This document shows positions 1-9,693 of a stretch of 64,000 nt of DNA, piece by piece. The DNA comes from Hydrurus foetidus (Eukaryota): contig UYFQ01000476.1 of assembly GCA_900617105.1 (NCBI GenBank), positions 1-64,000 on the forward strand. The letters are read 5' to 3'. Positions within the stretch are counted from its first letter, which is position 1; each line of letters begins with the position of its first letter. The translations under genes and the position numbers were made by a program. The notes below the pieces were generated by a model. The model made no database searches, was not told the origin of the DNA, and saw only the letters and a program-made list of their open reading frames with translations.

Positions 1-158
1 AAGTAAACCACGAAAAGCTCCATCGTTAAAAGGATCCTACGATCCCACGACATCATAGCTGCGGGATCACATCCTCAGCTCCATAGAGAGCCGCGTCCGA
101 GTTCCGTCGCTGTCCAAGACCCCAAGATCAAGACGTTTCAACTCAAGACAAAAGTCCC

Positions 159-3100
159 ATGACAAGGGCCCAAATAAAGAAGAAAGCGGCTGCTAACGCA
201 GCCGCCTCTGCTTCTTCAGCTCCAAGCGCTTCGCGCAGTGCTCCTCTCACTGAGAAGGAAAAGCACAAAGCGGAGCAGGCCCTTGTAAAGCAAAACATCG
301 AGAAATCGATACAGGCTCTGGCCAAAGAAGCAATACATGTTTCGGCTACCCCAACTCGTCTTGAGGACGAACAAATTTTCTTCCAAAGCGTCTTAGCGGC
401 AACAAAAGAAATGCAAGCAGCTCACAAGCTAGAGCAAGCACAAATAGCTGCTGCACAAGCTGCTGCCGACGCTTTAGAGCCCTCAAACGACGAGCTCCTC
501 GGGTTGGCACCCGAGGAAGCCGAGGGCGAGACAGACTCCCCTCTCGATACCCGCGGGTACCTAAAAAGAGGGGGAGAAACCTCGATACTCCCTCCGCGAC
601 TGCAACAAATCGGTGCAGAGGACGATCTGTTCGAACCATCAGTCGACGCCAAAGTCACAACAAAAAAGGCATCCGACACCGGCAAGGCCGAGGCCGACGC
701 CGAGTCAGATCCGGAGGCTGACGCCGACGGTGACGACAGTGCCAACAACAACGACGACGACAACCCCCCGACGAGTCCGACGACGAGAACGACAGTAACG
801 TCGACGACGTTAACGACACGGGAGGCGATGGTGGCAACCCCGACAGCTCCTCCGACGAGTCCGACGCAAGTAGTGGCGACGGGGACGACGGAGAGGGTGA
901 CGGGGACGACGACGGGAACGACAACAGCGACGACGATGAGGCGAAAGCTGAAGTCGAAGTCGAAGACGACGAGAAGGTCGAACCCGAAAAGTCTAAGCCC
1001 AAGGACAAGAAGTCCCTTAAGATAAAACCCCTAGCCAAGAAAAAGTCCCCAAAGGCGGGTCCCAAACCCGCCCCAAAGGACAAAAAGGTGAAAACCAAAG
1101 CCGATGCCAAATCCGGTAAAACACACCGCGCGCAAAAGGCGGAAAACTCGGAAGAGGATTCCCCTCCACAACGCAAAGCGGGTTTGCAAACCTCCATCAT
1201 CAACATGAAGGAGGCGTACTACCTCACTCGAGAAAAACTTCTCGACGACGCTGATAAAGCAGCAAGAGCGTTTTACGAACAAGCATACCGCCCCGGTATG
1301 TTAACCAGTTGGGAAATGCTAATCGAAATGGATGCCATCCAAACGATCCGCGACCAGTTGCTTCGATGCAAAAGCGAGACAGGTTATAACACAAAGACTT
1401 GTCTCGCCTGGCCAACGGTCGAAGGCAAAACGTTAACGTTAAAGAACATTGCAAATGATCTTAAGAAGATCTTTTACAAAAACAAACGTACGTCTTCCCA
1501 TTTCGACTTCGAAATGAAATTGAAGAATTGCAAATTCCGCATCAGCTGGAAAGATCCTTCTGTTGAAGACAGAGCTCTCTCTGAGTTCCGCGACATCCTA
1601 CTCGGATTCTGGACGTCATACGACAATATCGATGCCGACATGCAAAATGATATCTGTAAGGCCTTCTACAAGAAGCTGCCAAAGAACAACAAGTTTACAG
1701 ACAATTTCATGGCAAAGACAAAACGTAAGACGAAAAAGACCGGGAAAGATACCATCTTCAAAATGCTCACGCGTCTTGTCGTCATGCTGGGCGAAGCACG
1801 CCAGATGATCAAAGACGCGGAGGACATGGGAGGTCTCGACTTCGTCTTCGAGTCAAAGCTCACGCCAACAGACCAAGACGACGCTGAGGTCGCACCTCAC
1901 CGTGACAGCCACTCGGCTAACGCCTACAAGGCAATCCCAAAACGTCAGGTGGACCCTGAGTCGTCCGGCCTCAGCCGGGCGACCAACTTCTGTCACACCT
2001 GTGGCAAAAAGGGACACAACCGTTACGAATGCCAAAACCACATGAACCCTCACTGCAACCGTAGCCATCGCACTTGGTCGCAGTCTGAGGAGGCAAAGGA
2101 CTTCAAACGGATTGGTCACGAATTCTTCGTACCAAATGTGTACATCAACGGGGAACTTACCCGGGACACCAACAACCCCGGGGCAGCTACCTACGTGTAC
2201 CCATCTGACGATGTGGAGAACGACTTCTCTCCTCCAGGGAGAGCCCAAGACGACCGTCCGACCAAGAAACAAAAGCTGGCCACCAACAACAACACCAAGT
2301 ACAACAAGTACAAGAGCAACCAGACTCAACCGGATAGGGACAACGATCGTTCTAACACGAACAAGTTGAGCTCCAACTACAAGGGAAAAAGTAAGTCACA
2401 ACTTGCTAACCCAAGTACGGACATAATCGAGTACGCTCGAGAATTACCGTCAATGAAACAACTTCTATCAGCTGTACTAACTGAAAACATAGATGATTTC
2501 TTACAAGTTCACATATCTCTACCACAGATCCGATCGCAAATTTCAAACCAAGTCGCGACCGACCTGACGATCGCAGGGACAACTCGCACCAGGCGGAGAG
2601 CAAGGAGGGGGACAGACACAAATCTTCCTCGTCTTCCTCCTCCTCCTCCAACCAATACGTACCAAACTAGAGGCATGGAAGCCCTAGCCCAAATCGACAC
2701 TGGATGTCAAGTCGGGGACGTCATCAACGGTAGAGTCCTTCGGGGCCTCCGTGGCAAAACCCACTTGAGGAAATCCGACTCACCCATGTGGATGTGTAGT
2801 GGCTTAAATAATCAATGTGTAGAATCTACAAATGTGCTTGATATTGTTGTATCATTTAATAAAGACGATTTAAAACACACTTTTAGTCTTCCTGTCCGAG
2901 TAGCTCCGGAGTCAAAAGTCGACCTAATCTTAGGATTACAGACTATAAAAATTTAAATTTGGTAAAAATAATACCAGAGTTCTTCCAGAACCTCGATAAA
3001 ATAACGCCTAGTGCGATACCAGCTTCACCGCTAAAAAACAAAGGGTGTCGTTCTCGGCTGAGGACGATGCACAAGTACCACACACGGTACTCATAGACAC

Positions 3101-6100
3101 CGAACTACCCCCGAGGTAATATCAGCCGAATCAGCGTCAGCAGACACAATCCAAACGGAAATTCCTTTACCGTTACTAACGGAAAAGGACACTGTCCAAA
3201 AGGAAAGTAAAATAGCTGACCCAGGGTCCCCACTACCTCCTGGCATTTTGTCATGGAGGGCATAAATCCCTCGACTACAGACTTTCCCCGGCAGGATAAC
3301 CTGGTAGCTCGAGGTGCTTGTACACACAAGACTTGCAACTCTTCATGCGGGTGTTCTACAAGCTCAGCGACGGCAGTTGCTCAGCTTGCTTCCGATGAGT
3401 CCATACTACGCACCACCAATTTGACAACACTAGTGTTGCCACTTCCGCGTCAGAATGGATCTGGTGTAAAAACCAAAAGGCGTAAGAGAGTAGCTACTCT
3501 TACACCCTCATCCATAACACCAACCGAAACGCGTGGTATTGCGGCAGCTCTACTTAGGGAGGAAGACGAAGACCTCCCTGAGGTTCGGTCTTTCCGTGAT
3601 AAGGAAGGGATCGACTACAAGTCGAAGGATACCTTCGCTCCTTTTCAAGACAATCAAAACAACGATTCGATGTACTTAATTGATTTAATACATATCGATG
3701 GTACACCAACTGAGATTGCCGAAATTAAAGCGATTTGCATAAAACACAAATCGCTTTTCAAAAACGAGCTGGGTCCAGAACCCGCTCGAATTCCCCTTTC
3801 GATTTCAAAAAGGTAAACATACCTCAATGGAAACACTTCCGTAATCGGGGTGCTCCCAGAGTCGCTTCAACGATGCGACAAGAGGAAATCAGGAAACAAA
3901 TCGTAGCAATGCTCAAAAAGGGAATAATAAAACCATCCGATGCCTCATATTACTCCCAAGTAATACTTGCAAATAAACCAGACGGTTCACTCCGATTCTG
4001 CATAGATTACAGGAACCTCAATGAGGCAACCGAATCTGCAAGTTGGCCGATCCCAAATATAAAACAAATGTTATACAGACTTGGCGCGCAACGGCCAAAC
4101 GTATTCGGCGTAATCGACCTTACGGCCGGATACCACCAAGCCCCAATAACACTGGCGGCACAAGTATTTACCGCATTTATAACATTTATGGGTATATACC
4201 AATTCACACGACTACCATTCGGTCCCAAGATGGCCCCATCATACTTTCAACAGATGATGGCGTCAATAGTACTACTTGGCCTGATATACAGCATCTGTGA
4301 AGTCTATTTAGACGACATCATCATATATGCTGATGGACACATCCAATTCTGTGAACGTTTAGAAACATTGTTTCAACGTCTAGAAGATAAAAACATTTCA
4401 CTCAAGGCTGCAAAGCTAAGACTTAACGTCAAAGTAGTTGAATATGTTGGTAGACAAATATCTAAGGAAGGTATATCAATGAGCTCCAAAAAGATAACGG
4501 GTGTGACTGACTTTCCGATGCCAAGAAAGACAACTGAACTACGTTCGTTCCTCGGTCTCACCAATTACTTTAGGGATCATGTACCAAATCACTCAAATGT
4601 GGTAGCACCGCTACACAAAATGATAGATCACGCCGCCAAAAGCAAACATTGCTTGTCTGGACAGACGAAGCGGCCGACGCGTTTACGTTAGTCAAAGATC
4701 TTATCTCCAAGAGTCCCTTATTATATTTCATCGACGATGTAGCACCTATTACCCTCATGACAGATGCGTCTGACTACGGTATAGGTGGTTATTTATATCA
4801 AGAAGTCGACGGAGTCAAACAACTCGTCGCTCTCGTAAGCAAATCTCTTACCAAGACCCAGTTGAAATGGTCCGTAATACAAAAAGAGGCTTACGCCCTT
4901 TACTTTTGCTGTGACTATCTCGACGCCCTGCTACGAGATCGTAAGTTTACTATCCTGACCGATCACAAAAATCTTACTTTCCTGCACAAGGATAAAAATG
5001 AGATGGTCGGAAGATGGCGCTGTGCGCTACAGGAATTAGATTTTACGATAGGGTATATCCCTGGGAAAAATAATGAAGTCGCTGACGCAATGTCACGCCT
5101 ATGTAAAAACAAGATGCCGAAACACATCATAACAGCAATCCTAACTTGCAAACCGCTTGCAGCGGAAATATATGCATACTTAATGCGTGTCCACAACTCT
5201 ACCGTTGGGCACGGAGGATTCAATCGCACTTTGCGAAACCTAAAAAAAATAGGGAAAGTATGGGAAGGCATGAGACACGATATAAGAGCATACATTAAAC
5301 AATGCCCGTGTTGCCAAAAGATGTCTGCTGACAAACAAAACCCGTCACCCATCGTTTCACAACATCAACATATGCACCTATGGAATGCATAAACATAGAC
5401 TTTATTGGTCCATTCCCGGATAAAGGATACATCCTTGTTATGGTAGACACCTTCACAAGGTTTGTCGAACTATCAGCCACAACTGATAATACTGCAAAAT
5501 CAGCCGTAACAGGCCTAATAGAACACATCGGTCGCTACGGAGCTCCCAAATTCCTGCGATCCGATAACGGTTCCCATTTCGTAAACAAAATCCTCGAGGA
5601 ATTTGTAAAAGTTGCCGGTACAACACACAACCTTATTCTACCATACTCTTCGCAAGAAAACTCGATAGTAGAGCGTATGAATAAGGAAATTAACCGACAC
5701 ATCACGGCATTTACATTTGACCGTGCAACTACGGAAAACTACCGAGAAATTTTACCATTCGTACAACGAATTATAAATACGACATTCAACGTACGGACAC
5801 AGTCAACAGCAGCAAAGCTTATATACGGCAATGCTATTGACCTTGATGCCAACATCCTTCTCCCTCGAGATGAGATAAACTTAGACATGGCTCATGTCAC
5901 CCATTCTACTGAGAAAATTATGCAGATGCAAGATGAACTCATCAGAATCACTGCTGAACTACTCAAAGAAGCGGACGAGAAACGAAAAGCAGGCGGTTCC
6001 ACCGACTACACAACGTTCGAAATCGACTCGTTGGTACTGGTTACCCACCGCACATCAAAACCAACACGCATGCACACTTTATGGAAAGGTCCCATGCAAG

Positions 6101-6456
6101 TGGTCGCAAACGATCTCGACGAGTATACACTACTCGATCTTATTACCAACCGCGAGAAAAGATACCATGTATCAAATATTAAACAATTTGAGTTTGACCC
6201 TACAAAGGTCAACCCAACCGATATCGCCCGACGAGATTATCTCGAATTCTTTATCGAAGATATCCTAGCAATGGAAGGGAACATCCGAGTGGTGGGAACA
6301 TTAAAGTTTCACGTCAAGTGGCTAAATTATCCCCACGACAGAAACACTTGGGAACCGTGGAAAAACATGCGTGACGCTGAAAAAGTCCACGAGTTCTTAA
6401 TTGCTAAAAACCTTAAACACTTGATTCCAAGTAAATTTGCTGCAAATTATCGTTAA
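159..6456 (+). CDS. Gag-Pol polyprotein, frameshifted in this assembly
   Basis: Zinc knuckle CHTCGKKGHNRYEC; protease IDTG; RT LRFCIDYR and YLDD; RNase H TDASDYGIG and DAMSR; integrase H-H-C-C, IDFIGP, SDNG and VERMNK; chromodomain KFHVKWLNY...TWEP. The ORF pieces 159-1025, 1088-2956, 3253-3816, 3735-4691, 4649-5392 and 5380-6456 join if single bases are added in homopolymer runs. Confidence 0.92.
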
Positions 6457-6658
6457 CCGATACACAGTATAAAACACAAAGGTTTACAAAAAAAAAAAAA
6501 AAAAAAAAATAAAGATTACTCCCAATTTTCATCCTAACAGATTTTAGGGAGGTTTACTCAGTACGAACTTTATGTTTTCAGTCTGAGATAGTAGTTTTAT
6601 GTTAGTATTTAGACATAGATAAGTTTGTTAATGAAAAATTTAGTACACCTTTTCTTCC

Positions 6659-6669
6659 AAAGAGAGGGG
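6659..6669 (+). other. Polypurine tract (plus-strand primer)
   Basis: AAAGAGAGGGG lies 4 nt before the TG start of the LTR. Confidence 0.85.
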
Positions 6670-6673
6670 CCAT

Positions 6674-6890
6674 TGTGACCCGCACAGCTGTACAGCTGTA
6701 CGGGTACAGGCGTACGTTCGGTTCGGATCGGGGACGATCCGAGCCATCCGATTCATGACTTGCCTATCGCTGTGTTTATCTGTAAGCTAACCACATCTCT
6801 TTAGCAATAGCACCAGCAACATAGCTGCCTTCCTCTTGCCCCCGCGCCCTGTCCCAGCAGACCCACCGCAGAGCCCATAGTTAGGCCACA
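6674..6890 (+). repeat. 3' LTR (217 bp)
   Basis: Starts TGTGACC just after the PPT and ends GGCCACA (imperfect terminal inverted repeat, TG...CA). The interrupted Myb gene resumes immediately after it. Candidate TSD ATGCA at 6891-6895. Confidence 0.85.
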
Positions 6891-7983
6891 ATGCATGTCT
6901 TTATCTCTTCATCGTCCATTAGGATGAATAACTCAGAATTGTCCTTCAAGTATTTCTGAAACTTGGATCGCTCTACAGCAGTCAGATCAGCTGAGTACTT
7001 TTCCTTGAACAGTGACATCGCTTGCGTCAGAGAACTGCTGGCTGTATGGTGCTTCACCAAGACTTCCTGGTTAGACACAATTTTTCCGAGTAGCTTGACA
7101 ACTTCTTCTTGTGCATTCTCTCTTGGCTTCCTAGCTTGAGTCTTGACCGGCAATGGCTTAACTGGCACTTGTTTCTTCCTAGATAGTGTGCGCGACCCAT
7201 CTTCATCATCGCTTGAGCCACTGTCATCAGTAGCCTTCTTGGCTGGCGGTAATTGGTCCACTGCATCAGCTGGTAGATGCGCAAGAAATTAGCAACGATG
7301 TCAAAACAGGCACATGCACAAGTGTCTTCATAATAACCTCGGTTGAGCTTCATTGCTGAAACCTTCGTAGACTGTCGAGGGAATGCACTGTCATCACTTT
7401 TCATAGTCTCGTCATCTTCAGAGTTCATCACTTGGGGCTGCGCAGAAATCGGAGGTGACTTTCTGGCCACTTTGGAAACTCTATTTACCTCCTCGTTTGA
7501 GCTTTTCGCCCACAAGTCATTGCCATGTTTATGACGAGGTGTCACTGGAGTAAAAGGCGATTTTGCATACTTGCCAGTTGCCCCGCTGCCATTGAAAATT
7601 ATGTCCAACTCAGCGAAATTTTTCAGGGCTTTGTTCCTGAACTGCGCTGCCAAAGGATGTGCCAGGATAAGAAGATCCCATACCGACTTTGGCGCTGTTG
7701 GAGCAAGGGTGTCCGGGTCTACACCAAATCCGCTGTTACCAACTATAGCGGAGTAAGCTGTCCAATCAGCTTTGAGCTTTGGATAGAAGCTCTGACACTG
7801 CTGCTTCGTGTACGTGCCGCGACATTGTTCGTTCAGGTCGTCAACAATACGCTGCCATGCAACCTTCTTGAAGCCGCTGTCAACGCAAATTCCTCTCTCT
7901 GTCTCAGTTACCATTGCAGTGATGAAGTGGAATCGAGTCTCATCAGACCATTTTGCTCTGTCTTTGATTATCTTAACACTCAT
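6891..7983 (-). pseudogene. Myb/SANT-like DNA-binding accessory protein of Harbinger A; extreme C-terminus cut by the LTR
   Basis: AKWSDETRFHFITAMVTE...SGFKKVAWQRIVDDLN...TKQQCQSFYPKLKADW and SGFGVDP, typical of Myb_DNA-bind_3 type proteins. A GT-AG intron at 7337-7270 restores the frame (NR/ADAVDQLPP). Confidence 0.85.
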
Positions 7984-8253
7984 GATGTTGTTGCACCTCA
8001 AGATTGTGATGAAGAGATGTGATAGTGATGTGTAATAGAGATGCAAGAGAAGAGTTGGCAATTTCTCAATTTCCAGTAAAAAGAAAACGAGTGAGAAGCT
8101 GTTTTTTAAATCCAGTGCAAATCTTAAGAATACAGTAGGACGAAATATGCCGAACAAGAGGCTGGAATTGAAAATCCACTGTTTCGTGGAATTCCAGTGG
8201 AATCTGGGGTACCTGGGGTAATCCAGTAAAAGAAAAAGTTACCGAACGAACCC
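6891..8253 (-). mobile_element. PIF/Harbinger DNA transposon, one end only (element A), interrupted by the chromovirus
   Basis: The terminus reads GGGTTCGTTCGGTAAC on the minus strand and is flanked by TAA (8254-8256). Subterminal CCAG/CTGG repeats and a Myb/SANT accessory gene are present. Confidence 0.8.
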
Positions 8254-8600
8254 TAAATGTTTTTTGTTTTTTACAGGAATGCCTGGGGGTCTATATATGA
8301 AGGGGTCTATATGAGGTGGGGGGTATATAGAGGGTGAGTGGGGAGTGGGCCAGAATCCAGAGGGAACCATCACTCATTCATTTCAACATTCTGTACATCG
8401 TATTTTATTGAAGGATATCATAGTGGCTTCCCGCCGTCCCCTTTAGGGATGGCGGGAAATTTCGATGAATAAGTGTCCCATATCTTTGAAGTATAATGAA
8501 GTTTTGAACAGAATTAGACGCGTGGACAGACACAGTGCGGCGCGTGGTCAGTCACAGCATCAGCAGTTGCCTCGGTATTCCATCCTTACTTATCTCGAAA

Positions 8601-8946
8601 ATGACTGATACTCGTGTTGCAGTTCCTGTTGAGTACCTAGAGTTGGCTTCTGCCGGAACTCTTCTAGGGCAACTGAAGCTGGGAAATCTTCGGCAAAGGT
8701 GAAATTCAATCAGTTTTGCGCGACGAAAGTAATTGGCATCAGCCCTCAGACTCAAAAAGCATCAATTGACCTGTTGAGTGAAGACGAACTTTGCAGCGAG
8801 AAACTATTTCGCGAGTTCTCTACTTACCTCCTTGAAAATGCTACGAACAGCAAGAACGCAAACCGCGATTATCTGATGTCTAGGACTGCGATTCAATATC
8901 TGTCCGCGATTAAGGAGTTTGCCCAGAAGAAGTTTCCACAAAACGC
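8601..8946 (+). pseudogene. Truncated, frameshifted duplicate of the tyrosine recombinase 5' end
   Basis: Matches 9694-10037 except for a 2-bp insertion (ggaactcttctagg vs ggaacttctagg); ends at the duplication junction. Confidence 0.85.
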
Positions 8947-9520
8947 GGAAATTCCTCTCTCTGTCTCAGTTACCAACGGAAATTCCTCTCTCTGTCTCAG
9001 TTACCATTGCAGTGATGAAGTGGAATCGAGTCTCATCAGACCATTTTGCTCTGTCTTTGATTATCTTAACACTCATGATGTTGTTGCACCTCAAGATTGT
9101 GGTGAAGAGATGTGATAGTGATGTGTAATAGAGATGCAAGAGAAGAGTTGGCAATTTCCCAATTTCCAGTACAAAGAAAACGAGTAAGAAGCTGTTTTTT
9201 TAATCCAGTGCAAATCTTAAGAATACAGTAGGACGAAATATGCCGAACAAGAGGCTGGATTTGAAAATCCACTGTTTCGTGGAATTCCAGTGGAATCTGG
9301 GGTACCTGGGGTAATCCAGTAAAAGAAAAAGTTACCGAACGAACCCTAAATGTTTTTTGTTTTTTACAGGAATGCCTGGGGGTCTATATATGAAGGGGTC
9401 TATATGAGGTGGGGGGTATATAGAGGGTGAGTGGGGAGTGGGCCAGAATCCAGAGGGAACCATCACTCATTCATTTCAACATTCTGTACATCGTATTTTA
9501 TTGAAGGATATCATAGTGGC

Positions 9521-9551
9521 TTCCCGCCGTCCCCTTTAGGGATGGCGGGAA
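9521..9551. other. 13-5-13 inverted repeat upstream of the recombinase (second copy at 8428-8458)
   Basis: TTCCCGCCGTCCC-CTTTA-GGGATGGCGGGAA with one mismatch; function unknown. Confidence 0.7.
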
Positions 9552-9693
9552 ATTTCGATGAATACGTGTCCCATATCTTTGAAGTATAATGAAGTTTTGA
9601 ACAGAATTAGACGCGTGGACAGACACAGTGCGGCGCGTGGACAGTCACAGCATCAGCAGTTGCCTCGGTATTCCATCCTTACTTATCTCGAAA

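Larger units (their letters stand above)
1..6890 (+). mobile_element. Ty3/Gypsy LTR retrotransposon (chromovirus); 5' LTR and PBS lie upstream of the window
   Basis: Domain order Gag(CCHC)-PR-RT-RH-IN-chromodomain, followed by a polypurine tract and a TG...CA LTR. Confidence 0.96.

Noticed and set aside
770..1025. Thr-rich mucin-like tail of ORF 159-1025
   Set aside because: Off-frame reading after a homopolymer indel; the Asp-rich frame is continuous with Gag
2940..2960. Programmed gag/pol ribosomal frameshift
   Set aside because: It lies after the protease and is one of about seven similar homopolymer indels, so sequencing error is the simpler explanation
6488..6509. Poly(A) tail of a non-LTR retroposon
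   Set aside because: It lies inside the LTR element's 3' UTR before the PPT, and no TSD is evident
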